DNA of 54,445 nt. It comes from Callorhinchus milii. Lineage: Eukaryota. The translations under genes and the position numbers were made by a program. Every line of letters begins with the position of its first letter. Positions within the stretch are counted from its first letter, which is position 1. This document shows, piece by piece, positions 1 to 12,250 of this stretch. The stretch covers positions 1 to 54,445 of the forward strand of contig NW_024705322.1 in the NCBI RefSeq assembly GCF_018977255.1, written 5' to 3'. The notes below the pieces were generated by a model that saw only the letters and a list, made by a program, of their open reading frames with translations, was not told the DNA's origin and searched no databases.

Positions 1-110
1 AATTATTTAATTATGTTTTATTTTTATTATTTTATTATTTCCCTTCTACGTGACTTTACCGAAAGAACCAAGAGATGAATCCCTGCAGTCACGAAAGCTT
101 TAAATCGAAA
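1..110 (+). mobile_element. Penelope-like pLTR 3' end (family A), cut by the window start
   Basis: Near-identical to 7769-7880 (ctacgtgactttaccgaaagaaccaa..gatgaatccctgcagtcacgaaagctttaaatcgaaat). Confidence 0.75.
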
Positions 111-2479
111 TTTATGTCTATCTTTTGTTACAATAGTGATGTTGTTGATTTATGTCGAGTGTGAAGAGAAAGGGCCCATCCTAACGCCATTGCTGTTCAC
201 CATGGCTGAGAATCAAACTCAGCAGCTCGAAGCTCAGCTCGCTAAGCACTTTACTGCAGCACCACCACCATAACCATATCTATAGGAAGGTTAAATCGAC
301 TGCAGATGCTTGTGTACTCCACACTCGTTCAAGGTGTGCATTGTCTCGTGTAGCAGTGAGCGAGCTGTACTACGAATCGCTTAATTCCAGCCCATGTCAA
401 CCACCAACACCAGTGACGATTTTCTGAACCGGTCCTGGGCCTCCCCTAGGTCGATTCAGCATCAAATTAGTGCAGTAGTAGTTATGAATGCGGTGTGTAA
501 ACATCGCCACTGGGGAGACAAAGATGGCCGGACGTGAGGCTCTGGCCACTCATGTACCGTGCCGGCGTTCTTAGGTGCTCGATAACAGCCGGAGAAGTCT
601 GTTAATGCTATGCAGGGTGTAGGGAAGAGGGGGGATCTTTGTCATTAGCATTCGGCCGTGTCAAAAGGTCACCGTGTGTGCAAACAGTCTCCCTTTGTGG
701 AGTAGTTATTAAAACCCCATTGTCATGACTCATAGCCAGCACTATCGATCAGCTCTCTCCGTTGTGCCTCGTGCAGTCTGGAGGGCCGAGAGTCACCGCA
801 GCTCTATTGCTGTAATGCACACCGGCAGCGCGTTGTGTTTAAGGCACGGGCGTGTAAACACGCCGGGTAATTGTCTTCCTCCTATCTTGGCCAGTTTTAG
901 TCGCGGGAGTCGCATTGCTTCCCAGTAGCAGGTGTCGTGACCTGCACGTGACCTACGCAGGCTTCGCATTTCTTACGTTATGACGCAGCTAAAGTTCGTG
1001 TGCTTAGTCCTACTAGTAAGAACAATGCCAACTGATAATAAAACTGCCAATAGTGCATTCATTCACTACGTTGCTGAATCAAAAAACCCAACATGATTTA
1101 GTTTTGGCTGCAAAAAGTTACGTTTTAAAATGATGCCAACTTTTTAGTCGGGAAAGTCTCAATGTTAGGGCTGATTTTCAGCGGGGCATTGACATTTGCA
1201 TGCAGGCTGTCGTGATGCAATGGTGAGCACACAGCAATCCTTTGGTCAGTTTGGCCAGTTTTCTAAACCCCAAGTCCAAAATGGCAACACAAGATTATAT
1301 AGACACACGGATACTGATTGAGCGCTAACACATTCGACCTTAGTTGGAAAGTGTTAAAATTATCAAATGACTGCAGGTCTAGGCCATACTATAATTCCTT
1401 TAATCGTACAACATTTCTTTAATAGTACAAAATGAAACATATTTTATGGCACCAACGTGCAAATGTATATCTTGATATGAGGCAAAGGTGACTTGTCAGA
1501 AAAAAAACCCATCAACATCTGTCATTAAGAAGAGTCTCATTGCGTAAGCAGGCTAGCAGAGGCTTAATTTCCAGGCGGCATTAGTCTGGCACCTGCTCTA
1601 AGTGAGTCGATGCCGTCTTATGCTAAATCTCTGACCACCCCGAGTTAAATCCGGCATACATTGGGCACCACTGGGAGCCCGTGCTGTGTGCCGACTGCGA
1701 TGAGACGCACGCTTACGGAGCACCACTTTATTGCACTCCTCAATACACTCTAAATGCAGTTTTTATTATATATACAAAATACATGACGAGTGTGTTTGCA
1801 GGAGCCAGAGATATGCTTTTCAGGTTAAACAGAGGGAGTTTATCACGCCACACACAATGTGCAGAATTTCAGCCGGGACAGTCTGGAATGTTTTTCTGCG
1901 AATTATTTTGACGTGCTACATTCATCTCATATTTTTTCCATTATAGGATTGTAGGAATATAGAATTCTTATGGATGTCCATACCTTGGACTCTCGTGGTA
2001 GTGCCGTATGCCGACAATCCCTACTCTAAGCCGGCCGAGCAGAAATGTTCGGGTGAGAAATGAAACCATGGCAAACCCCTTCATGTTTGCGGGGAAAATG
2101 CGTTTCTGGAGAACAGCGTGAACATCAAATCCACGAATATCAACGCCAGTTTTCAAAGTCCCCGAACAGCAACACAACTCTAAAGTTGTGCTCACATTGA
2201 ATCACGGCGGTTATTATGAGCCCCATGTTGCCAACAGACGGACGGACATACAGCTCTAATGCATTAATGATTTCAACCATACTTGGAAAGCCTTAACAAC
2301 GGCTTAAGTCCAGATTTCCCGTATAAAACGACATACCGATTATCGATATTTACTTGCACCATCAGTCCGAGATGTATGAGTACAGGTTACATCACTCGCC
2401 ATGTTATGGCAGTTGGCTAAAAAAATTGTAAGTACATATTGCAGAAATATGTCCATGTCTCTCTGAGAGATATAAGTAG

Positions 2480-3020
2480 AACACACTTTAAAGGTATTGT
2501 AGACAGGCTGGGATAAACACAATGTGGAATTAAAGAGGCTGATGACAGCAGGTTGGATGCTTTTTGAAAATGTATCAAGTCAAGATTTACCTGTTAGAGA
2601 AGACATTTTAATCGGTGCTTATTATGTACTTTGGCATACTGAGCAAAACCATGGACATCGATAAGAAAATGGAATAGAAGGAAAAGTGTGCCAATAAGCA
2701 AAATTATACTGACATGCAATTAGAGGCACACACGGAATAGCGAACATACACCAAATGTAAAGACATCACATTGACTTAAGAAACGTAAGTGGGCTTGGGC
2801 AGAACACACCAAGATGAATGGCAAACGACTGCAAAAGATGGTAATGGAAGCGAACATTGGTGAGATGTGCTTGGGAAGGGGACAGAGGCAAGACCAGGAT
2901 CTGACCGGACATCAAACATCTTAAGGTCGACGGGCTTCGAAGCTGTTCCAATTCATAAACGCAGCGACAGACAGAGATAATTGGAGAGTGACCACTGCCA
3001 GCAGATATCAGTTAAGAAAA
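2480..3020 (+). mobile_element. Decayed RTE-like LINE 3' fragment
   Basis: Remnants of the TYGAETW-like and KWAWAGH..R motifs (aagtgggcttgggcagaacac); homologous to 6365-6630. Confidence 0.5.
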
Positions 3021-5135
3021 CGGTCGTAACCCAAACTTGTCATAGAGGCCAAGGACCAGAATAAGAAGATGTATGTTTGTATGCACACGTGCCACGTGTG
3101 AGGAATGATGTTTACACAGACACGATGTTTTAATTATTTTTCAAGTGCACCACCAGGTTCAATAATAACTGGAACACTGAAACCAACACCAATCCCAACC
3201 GTCTGTCTGTTGCAGGCGAACATTCTGCCACTCAACATCCGCAGAGACATGCAAACTGCAAATTACTTTCCACGTCCACTTGCCCAACCACAAGCTACCC
3301 ATCGACCAAGACCTCGACAGCGTTCCTCGCCATTGTCCCAAGTCTCGACCCCCCTACTGGGATCGCGCTGTCAAAATCCTATAATCTCACCCAGACCCAG
3401 AGCAATGCTAGCGTCAGGATGGAACCACACAGATGTCCAGAATAAACACCTCATTGCTTTAAAGTACCGTCCCATCGACTAAAGACTGAGCCACAGTACA
3501 ACTGGCCATGCAGCCCGATCTTTGGACCATATCGTAAACCACTGTAATCCGCACTCTATCAATGCAGTGAGAAGAGAAAACTTTGCGACCTCTCTCCTGA
3601 AGTCCTCTGGTCGTGGTCAAACAGACCTCGACATTGGCATTTAGCTCCCGAACATATCGCTGCGAATAGAACTGGGCTCAATTGTGCACAGCTTCAGAGA
3701 TCCAATGGGGTTGGCGGGGGGGGGGGTGCATTAAGAGTGATCTATTCAGAGGCAAAGTGCTGCTGACAGCAGCCTGGGCCATAACTGAAGGCTTTCAACG
3801 AGAGCTTCGTGCCAAGGGGTTTGCCACCAGCACAGGTCTTTGAGACGATTGCTGAGCGAAATGCGCTCGCCCAGGATAGCTCTGGAGAAGTTTTGACCTG
3901 TGGAGCGTAGGGATGACCCGATGGCTTTTATACATCCTTGTCACGGTTGTTTTTTTCTTTGTTTCTGTCACCTTTGCTCGTGAATTTCAAGTTGGCAGGT
4001 GCCCTGCGTGCGTGCATGCGGTGGTTTTGTGACAGGTGTCAAAAAAATGCAAGATATTTTTTTTTTTGGGGAGGCATTGCCAGCAAAATAATTCTGAGAT
4101 GTGTTATGGAGGGGCATTACTAAAGCCCCGAGAGTTCCTATGTGTCAAAATTTAAACCGTTATAGGCACTGTTATGCCGGCGCATGGTCACCGTTTGTGA
4201 CACACGGCCAGATCGTCAGTATGTTACCGTTTGTTGCCGTAGTTTGTGGATTGTGCCCGGCGGTCATCCCGGCTAATTTTGTGGGTGTATTATGCTCAAA
4301 TACCCACTGGCTGATACTCGGTGGATGTTACATATTTTTTGTTCTTTTTTTATAGATGACACAATATGTGTTGACGTTATGGTTCCAAACTTGGCAAATT
4401 TCGCTCTTTTCTCGCAAATAACTTCATTGGGAGAATCCACATAGCAACATCGCCTCCTGCTGACAGATTAGTGACCATTTGGAGGCTGGTGCTGCAGCAT
4501 ATACCATGCACCGCACAAGGACAGCTGCCACTGGGAGTTCCCTTGGCTAGACTGCCGTGGAATGGTTGAGATGCGTTACGACGTTAGATGCTTTGAGTTC
4601 ACCGAAGCATTTGAGTGCCTTACAATAGAAAATCCTTACCCATTGCCCATCGTCATCGCCAGTCTCCATCACCTCGATCCACTTCCACTGGTCCCACACC
4701 TCTCGTTTCCACCGTACGCCAACACCCACCATCCATGCAATTCCTCCCACCCTGACGGTACCACGGTAGCCCACCTGCTCCGAGAGATGCTTCATGCAAA
4801 CAGATGTTTGCACATCTGCTGACAAGAGACTATGGCGTGACGCTTGACTTGAATTTTTGAGACGCGGAAACCCGCAATCTCGTTAGCGACGCTCTTGCGC
4901 GCACGCGCGCAAACAGCCTTTCAACATTCGCCGCACACGTGCCCGTTCAATATGGGAATGATTAACTCGGCCTGTGTACACCTATAATTGAAGTATCCCG
5001 AGCTGTGAGAAGGTCTATTATTATTACAATAAGGTGCGTCTCCATTATTGTCGCCATCAATCCACGACAGGGCGGCGCGTCTCTGGGAACCGCTGCATCG
5101 TTCATCCCGCCTAACCATGCCATTGCCGCACGTGC

Positions 5136-5496
5136 CAGAGGTCGCAAACGGGTTTTTATTCCTTACCCGTACCCGTACCCGGCCGCACCAGGGTTGCAAA
5201 CGGGTACCCGTACCCGGCCGGGTACGGGTAGGGTACGGGTATCGGGTACCTGATTGCGACCTCTGGGATGAAGCCGTGTTGCAGGCGCGGGTGGGTTGAT
5301 TCTAGGAACTTGAATTGTAAGAAGAGACAAGACGATGGGAAATGAGTGACAAACGGTGATTCACCAGTGACTCACGGTCTACCCGTACCCGTACCCGGCT
5401 GCACCAGGGTCGCAAACGGGTACCCGTACCCAGCCGGGTACGGGTAGCCGGGTATCGGGTAGGGTACGGGTATCGGGTACCCGATTGCGACCTCTG
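5136..5496. mobile_element. Nested or duplicated palindromic MITE (CAG..CTG ends, hAT-like) with (tacccg)n/(cgggta)n subrepeats
   Basis: cagaggtcgcaaacggg at 5136; gattgcgacctctg ends at 5265 and 5496; ~5164-5265 is duplicated at ~5379-5496. Confidence 0.6.
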
Positions 5497-5952
5497 TGCA
5501 CTGCCCCACTCCTCTCCCCCCCCCGCCCAATGAACCACCCACCCGCCGCACGTGTCATGTATAGTCGGGCCCGCTCACTCCAGGATAATACACAGCACTG
5601 TCTAGAATAAAGGGCCCCTCCGCGGAGGAAAAGGTTCTAGCGAAGACTTCATTTTTCGCTCGGTATTTTCTGGAATGCTGCTCGGCTGGCTTGGAGCAGG
5701 AATTATTGGCATAAGGCACTACCACGAGAGTAAAAGATATTCCCATCCGTAATAATCCTGTATTGTTGTAGCCTATCGTCCTGAATTACCTATGAAAACA
5801 AAAAAGATATGGGGATAAAATAAGGCACGACAAATGTGGCGTCTATAAATTATTACGCGGAAAAGTGCTTCGGACTGTTTTGGCTGAAAGGGGAAGCACT
5901 GGTGCTTGCCGACAAGGCGTCACCAAGGAAATATGCGGATGTCTACGATGTA

Positions 5953-6289
5953 TTCTAGATTTGAAGCTTTCGTGCTGCAAGGATTCATACTCTTTTCGGT
6001 AAAGTCACGTAGGTAAAAAATTATAGAAAAAAATTTATAATAAATGAAGATAAAGCAATTACCCGCCCCCCCCCCCCCCCCACCGTTCCATTCCATGACT
6101 ACCACATTCAGATAAGCCCCCTCCCCCCTTAACCAGTATTTAAGATATTGTCTCTTGGATTTTTCCTCACTTGATACAGTAAATTTAGCTGTGACGGTCC
6201 CACCTGAAGACGGAGACTTGTGTTGCCTCCGAAACGTCGTGATTTAATTGATTTATTTTCATTTATTATTATTTTATTTCTATATTTTT
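5953..6289. mobile_element. Penelope-like pLTR inverted pair (family A) with hammerhead motif
   Basis: Minus arm ~5953-6055 and plus arm ~6105-6289. The 13-bp direct repeat tgtctacgatgta flanks it at 5940-5952 and 6290-6302. Confidence 0.75.
6201..6241 (+). ncRNA. Minimal type I hammerhead ribozyme motif
   Basis: CAC-CUGAAGA-C-GGAGAC/uuguguu/GCCUCC-GAAA-CG-UC-GUG, with one stem II mismatch. Confidence 0.65.
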
Positions 6290-6364
6290 TGTCTACGATG
6301 TACTTAATTTCTCACGACCCATTTTCCAGGTGGCTGGCAGATTGGAATCACCCGAGTAAATGAC

Positions 6365-6632
6365 ACTATTTTGACTTGAGAAAAGTAAGTGGGCTTGGCC
6401 AGGACATGTCGCTAAGAGGGGAGGGGGTGGGTGGATACCCAATGGTCAACAATAACACAATGAAATTGCTGCCATGGAATGAAAAGCATCTCATCAGATG
6501 CCAACCGAGGAGATCGAGCAAATCAGTCGGATATTTTTTTTTGCTTGGGGTGCTGAGTGGATTATTGCATTGCGAGAGATGGTGACGGAATGGATTGATC
6601 GTAGGCGGTGATGATGGTGATGATGATGATGA
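6365..6632 (+). mobile_element. Decayed RTE-like LINE 3' end with (gat)n tail
   Basis: KWAWPGHVAKR-like stretch followed by gatgatggtgatgatgatgatga. Confidence 0.5.
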
Positions 6633-6778
6633 GTTGCCGGGTGGCAGGAGGTTGAAGTAAACCAATGACTAAGAGACACAGCCATAGCAAGATGTGGTGT
6701 GCCATCTTCTTGGTTCTTTCGGTAAAGTCATGTAGAATGGAAATAATAAAATAATAAAAATAAAACATAATAAAATAA

Positions 6779-6828
6779 TTCTCACGACGTTTCGGCCGCA
6801 ACGCAAGCAGCCGTCCTCAGGTGAAGAA
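6779..6828 (-). ncRNA. Minimal type I hammerhead ribozyme motif
   Basis: Reverse strand reads UUCUUCAC-CUGAGGA-C-GGCUGC/uugcguu/GCGGCC-GAAA-CG-UC-GUGAGAA. Confidence 0.75.
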
Positions 6829-6961
6829 CAGGTCTGTCAGAAAGACAGCGTCTGAATGAACACCACTAGGCTTGGCAGTGTATATTTAGGCTGGGTTGGA
6901 GGGGGAAGAGCGCCTTGACAAAGGAATTTGCATATCAAGAGGAATTTAGCATATTTATGGT

Positions 6962-7190
6962 AAATGCAGGTATGTGGTTAATACTACTTATGCCCGTGCA
7001 TTATGCAGGATTCGCAGAATCATAGGGAGGGATATGGGAAATGCAGGTATGTGATTAGTACTACTTATGCCCGTGCATTATGCAGGATTAGCAGCATCAA
7101 AGGGAAGGGATATGGGAAATGCAGGTATGTGATTAGTACTACTTATGCCCGTGCATTATGCAGGATTAGCAGCATCAAAGGGAGGGATAG
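6962..7190. repeat. ~78-bp tandem subrepeat: 3 copies here, 2 inverted copies at ~7436-7590
   Basis: aaatgcaggtatgtg starts at 6962, 7039 and 7117. This explains the repeated CRYVISTTYARALCRI text in the ORF track. Confidence 0.9.
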
Positions 7191-7720
7191 GGGTAGCATT
7201 AATAAAGGGAAGGAGTGTTAATAGTATGTAGCTGCAGTAACTAAAACCACCACGTAAACAACTAAAGTATAAACTACATAGTATCATCAGTATACTAAAT
7301 ATACTCTACAATAAGCTGAGTTACTAACAGTAAGTAATACATTACATGTAGTTTATACTTTAGTTGTTTACGTGGTGGTTTTAGTTACTGCAGCTACATA
7401 CTATTAACACTCCTTCCCTTAATTAATGCTACCCCTATCCCCTCCCTTTGATGCTACTAATCCTGCATAATGCACGGGCATAAGTAGTACTAATCACATA
7501 CCTGCATTTCCCATATCCCCTCCCTTTGATGCCGCTAATCCTGCATAATGCACGGGCATAAGTAGTACTAATCACATACCTGCATTTCCATAAATATGCT
7601 AAATTCCTCTTGATATGCAAATTCCTTTGTCAAGGCGCTCTTCCCCCCTCCAACCCAGCTTAAATATACACTGCCAAGCCTAGTGGTGTTCATTCAGACG
7701 CTGTCTTTCTGACAGACCTG

Positions 7721-7770
7721 TTCTTCACCTGAGGACGGCTGCTTGCGTTGTGGCCGAAACGTCGTAAGAA
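7721..7770 (+). ncRNA. Minimal type I hammerhead ribozyme motif
   Basis: UUCUUCAC-CUGAGGA-C-GGCUGC/uugcguu/GUGGCC-GAAA-CG-UC-GUAAGAA. Confidence 0.7.
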
Positions 7771-8662
7771 TTATTTTATTATGTTTTATTTTTATTATTG
7801 TATTATTTCCATTCTACGTGACTTTACCGAAAGAACCAAAAAGATGAATCCCTGCAGTCACGAAAGCTTTAAATCGAAATGTGGTGTGCCAGTTGTGGAT
7901 ATTTCAGACCTGGTTTATGTGCATGTTTAAACAAGGAATTATACGGAACGCGGCATTGTGATTGCAGTAACTTTTTGTTTTATTGCTCCAGACCAATCAA
8001 AATTATCTGCTCGGAAATGTACCAGGTTGAGAGAGAGAGACATCGGGTACAGTTTTATTTAGTGTTATTCTCACATGCACTGAAGCCATATCGTTTGACT
8101 TTTTCAGCTTGTCTGAGATGAGTGCCACTTTTCCCTTCTTCCTCGTCTGTTAATTTCTGACATGATCCAGCCTCGCAATCCCTGAAATGAATCACAGACC
8201 TCGTTTCTGTGGTACACAACATCTTTTTCTCCTTTCGGCTATTTTACTGCTTTATTGCCAGCAATGTTACTGACAAGTTCGGGCTGAAATACATTTCAGG
8301 GCTGCACCTTGAATTTTATCTTTGTTCAATGTTATTTGCAATTATTGCGCTGCTTCTTCTTGTGCCTTATCTACTTTTGTATGTTTTTTGTAATCCAGGT
8401 CTCCCTTAACAAAGAGACTTGTACTCTCAATGGACTCTTACCTGGATGTAAATATGAATTGTTGGGGAGAAAAAACCCCTAGTGTAACAGTAAATAGTTA
8501 TTTTTAAACGTGTACAAGTGGCACTGCCGACGACGTTTAATCTGAGCGTAATGTCACATTTATTGCAATGCACTCAAAGCTGGCCATGAAACATGTATTG
8601 CTTCATAAAAGATAAAACATTCACCAAGCATGTTAAACCTTCACATGTGCGCTTCATCACGT

Positions 8663-8996
8663 AACAAGTAAACCCGTGAAAACAAAGTTTTTCACTATAA
8701 ATCCTTTATATGCGTGGCGGCTAGAGTCCTCTCGTCCTCTGGCTTGAGATGGCTGCCACCTATGGGTCAGATGATTGTCTACCACCATTAAGCAATTGGT
8801 AATTAAATATTTAATTAGTTTTCCCTAAACAGTGTAAAATTTTGGATTTTTTTTCACGAAAATTAATTGTCACACACAACGAGTCTGTGTGGAAAATGTC
8901 AGCTCGATTGGATCACGGGAAGTGGGTTAAAAAACGAGCGAAAGATTTGCACGGTCCTAAGCAAGCAAGCGAACTTAATTTAAAGGATTTAAAAAA
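8663..8996 (-). mobile_element. Non-autonomous Helentron/DINE-1-like element (HINE)
   Basis: Subterminal inverted repeats aaatccttta(ta)..taaaggattt, terminal stem-loop gtgaaaac/aaa/gtttttcac, (gcaa)n microsatellite, and A/T-run insertion site. Five copies in the window. Confidence 0.7.
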
Positions 8997-9008
8997 TATA
9001 TTCGCCTG

Positions 9009-9081
9009 TGGAGGACGCGAGGATCGATCCAGCAACCTTTGGCATGGGAAGCGAGGGCGCTACCAACTGCGCTACTCCGCC
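9009..9081 (-). pseudogene. tRNA-Ala-like pseudogene or SINE head (anticodon position CCC)
   Basis: 73-nt cloverleaf GGCGGAGTAGCGCAGTTGGTAGCGCCCTCGCTTCCCATGCCAAAGGTTGCTGGATCGATCCTCGCGTCCTCCA. D stem is perfect; acceptor, anticodon and T stems have mismatches. Confidence 0.7.
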
Positions 9082-9139
9082 ACGGCCTGTGGAGGGGTTA
9101 CGCTCTGGGCTCTTACACTCTGACGTTCAGCCAAAGCCA

Positions 9140-9386
9140 TGAATGCGTTATATTTGAATATATGTAAAATATTTTTTTTTTGCCTAAAAAGTGTCAAATT
9201 TTGGGAATTTTTTTTCACGAACAATAATTGTCTGGCACAACGAGTCTGTGTGGAAAATGTCAGCTCGATTGGATCACGGGAAGTGGTGTTAAAAAACGAG
9301 CGAAATATTTGCACGGTCCTAAGCAAGCAAGCAAGCACGCAAGCAAGCAAGCAAGCACGCGAACTTAATATAAAGGATTAAAAAAT
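9140..9386 (-). mobile_element. HINE/DINE-1-like element, partial copy
   Basis: Homologous to 8800-8996 with an expanded (gcaa/gcac)n tract. Confidence 0.7.
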
Positions 9387-9874
9387 AGGCCACGTTCATT
9401 TGCCAGCTTCTAAAATGCCCCCGTCTCCATCCATCTGGCAGTACAAATGGGTTACATCACTGCCAGTCGACAGGTCTCATGCGGTGCGGTCATAATAAAG
9501 AGTGTGCATACTCCCACATCTTCCGAGACGCCAGTGTGGAAGAGTAGGCCAAGATTCCCCTGGAGGGGCCGTCTATACCTCCCCCTCGTGGAAGCCCATC
9601 CTCCAGCAGCAGCGTGAGCAAGACTCTGAAGGGCTGTTCCTTTAACCCTGACTTATTTCACCCGTATAATGAGAGCACATCCTTTTTATTTTGCGGTAGT
9701 GGGTTCAAGGCACGCGTAATGTGCTCTCCCAGTAAATTGCATTTGTTCTACTGGTGTGGTGTTGGGTTAAAGGTTGACATTCCCATTCAACTAGCCAGTA
9801 AGAAAACGCACCTTTGCCAGCTTAAATTTAGGTAACTTGAGTTGTTTTAGTTGCCTCCGTTTCGATTTACTCGC

Positions 9875-10210
9875 TACTGCAGTGTAATGGTGAGCACACT
9901 GGACTTGTAATCCATGGGGCACCAGCTCGATCCGATCTCCTGCCGCGGCAGTTGAAAGGACGGTGCAAGTTTTTTTTGTCTTAAAGTCCCCCGCCTCTTG
10001 TCAACACAGAAGTGTCAGATTGGGTGGACTGTGGTTAGACAATCAGCAGGGTTTGCATGTGGTCGGGTAAAGGTGTGCTGGGTGGGTGCTGTGACCTCTT
10101 CTTCAAAGACATCTGTCCAGCATGGAAGAGCAGCCCGAATTACACTCTAGAGGCTCTCCCTTGAGTTGCTTCGTGTTGGCCCGTTTCGCTAGCAGCGGCT
10201 TTAGCAGGAC
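9875..10210 (+). mobile_element. tRNA-derived SINE with an RTE-like 3' end
   Basis: A/B-box-like head (gcagtgtaatggtgagcac..gctcgatcc), related to 17810-18000. The 3' part is related to 9530-9612, 16045-16132 and 47393-47478. Confidence 0.5.
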
Positions 10211-10545
10211 ATTTCACGGCCGCACATTTATATATATTTTTTAGCTTTTGAATTGAGCATGGGCACGAGATGTCCTCTTCTCAGCACTAACAAAGCATGC
10301 TTGAGGGCGTGAGGCCACACCGGTGGAATTTAGCAGGTTAATTGCAAAGCCCAAGTGAACAAAGTAAGTTGGCTCTAATTTGTCACAACTTATGTTGGTG
10401 ACAATCACAGCCCTGGCAAAAAAAATGTCTTATGGTGAAAAATAATATAATGTCAAATTAATGTAATTTTTTATATATAAATAATTGCGAAGATCTACAC
10501 TATGGAACCTCATTTGCCAGTAAAAATATGATAATTGGTTTTTTA

Positions 10546-10780
10546 CCCTTCTATCTGGCAACAAAACTGACACCTTTTTACAAGGAGTCATGTTTGTATA
10601 GACCGCAATACCTGCAGTCATAATACAAACAAAAGAGATAACTCTGATAATGTGCACTGTCCTTGAAGTTGATTGGTCCACACCCGAGACAGCTTTCCTT
10701 AGAGCCTAGTCTCACATGGGTTGGACCAGATGACGCCAAAAGGCGCCAAAAGGCGTCAGTTTTGTTGCCAGATAGAAGGG
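10546..10780. mobile_element. MITE with ~33-bp TIRs and piggyBac-like CCCT..AGGG ends
   Basis: cccttctatctggcaacaaaactgacaccttt versus aaaggcgtcagttttgttgccagatagaaggg; flanks ttta/taaa are TTAA-like. Confidence 0.7.
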
Positions 10781-11154
10781 TAAACAAATTTTCATAATTG
10801 CGTAGATATTAAATATGAATGATTTCATGATGTGGTTCATTGTCACAATTAAATCAAACGATGTGGAACGGCGGTCCTGTGGTTAGTGCACGCAAAGTAA
10901 ACGTGATTATTTGCTCAAATGAGCATTGCGGTGGTGGCCATCGCCCATTCATAGCCCTGGGTCAGTGGGGTACATTTCACATTGCTATGGCGAAGGTCAA
11001 CCACAATGTCGACCCCAGTGGATGATTGGATGAGCTGACCTCACCAACCAGAATTTGGGGGGCAACCTCGGCTTGTGTGCCACTTTCTCTACTGTGGCTA
11101 GAAGTGAGTGCACTCGTGACCACCCATGACTGACACGGGTTGAATTTGGTTGTT

Positions 11155-11314
11155 GTTCATCTTCTTGGTTCTTTCGGTAAAGTCACGTAGAAGGGAAATA
11201 ATGAAATAATAAAATAAAACATAATAAAATAATTCTCACGACGTTTCGGCCACAACGCAAGCAGCCGTCCTCAGGTGAAGAACAGGTCTGTCGGGAAGAC
11301 AGCGTCTGAATGAA
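11155..11314 (-). mobile_element. Solo Penelope-like pLTR fragment (family A) with hammerhead motif at 11233-11282
   Basis: Near-identical to 6704-6860. Candidate TSD ttggttgtt at 11146-11154 and 11315-11323. Confidence 0.8.
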
Positions 11315-11837
11315 TTGGTTGTTTTTATTGTTAATTAAACCAAACTCTTTACTTTCTTATTCCGCAGACACTTGTTGAATTAAAAAATGCCCCCACTGTA
11401 AAATGTATTGGAAATGTGTTTATGCTATTGGTTTCACGACTGTCATGAATTATCCTTAAGCCAAACATGTCCTTGCTGCATTATGGCAATAATAATTACA
11501 CACGTGTAATTAATTCCCTTACCCAACTGCAGTCTAAATTGAGTGGAGTTTTTTTAGTAATCTGTCTGAGAATTTCATCAGTTACTTAGCACTGGTTTAA
11601 ATTCATCTCAGTGTTTACTCATTAATGCGCAAAATGAGGACTTTGTCAGAGCTGACTTTCATACGCTTCTTGTCATTCAGGACAGAGAGCATATGCCTAT
11701 CAATCTGCGTCTCTTATCTCAATCGCCTTGCCATTCCACCACCCACTTGGGAAGCCACTTGAACCATCGTGACAATCGCACAATCGTTGTAGTGTATAGA
11801 TACATCGTGAGTCTTCTAAAGAGGGGTGGTTAGAGTA

Positions 11838-12156
11838 CGGGGACTCCTCGACTTGCAAACGAGTTAGGTTCCAGAGGTCTGTTCGTAAGTCGATTTGTTC
11901 GTAAGTCCAACTTTACTCCTATCGATTCCAAACATGTTGTACGGCATCTACACTAAACACGGGGAATGCCTTTAAAAGTTGTATAATCTCCTGTAGATGT
12001 AGATGCCACTGGTTCTTCATGCTTTGTTGATGTAGATGCCACCACCCCCATCTATTGCACGGTGGTTGAACTTACGACTCTTGGTCCAAACAGGCAACTG
12101 GACATACAGACGGGTCTGTTCGTATCTTTGAAAGTTTGTAAGCAAAGGAGTTCCTT
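11838..12156. mobile_element. Tc1/mariner (pogo/Tigger-like) MITE, decayed
   Basis: TA-cggggactcctcgacttgcaaac ... gtttgtaagcaaaggagttcctt-TA, with internal gttcgtaagtc subrepeats. Confidence 0.55.
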
Positions 12157-12250
12157 TAATGTCAACCGAAACAATATATACACCGTTGGAAATGCGCATA
12201 TTTTTGTTGCTGGTAATAGCCACAATTGAAATGGGCCTTTTAGTAAAAGA

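Larger units (their letters stand above)
6705..7880. mobile_element. 1.2-kb palindromic Penelope-like insertion (two inverted pLTR arms)
   Basis: Arms ~6705-7279 and 7346-7846 are reverse complements around a 66-nt spacer. TSD atgtggtgtgcca at 6692-6704 and 7879-7891. Each arm has a hammerhead motif. Confidence 0.85.

Noticed and set aside
3240..3470. Possible Penelope GIY-YIG remnant (YWDRAVK..LASGW)
   Set aside because: Too decayed to call without BLASTX.
7003..7620. ORFs with repeated CRYVISTTYARALCRI peptide
   Set aside because: Translation of the 78-bp tandem subrepeat inside the palindromic element; no evidence of coding function.
8209..8409. ORF containing LEFY and MLFAII, reminiscent of Cav IS5
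   Set aside because: The motifs are in the wrong order, there is no KSIMKAM and no matching splice sites; T-rich coincidence.
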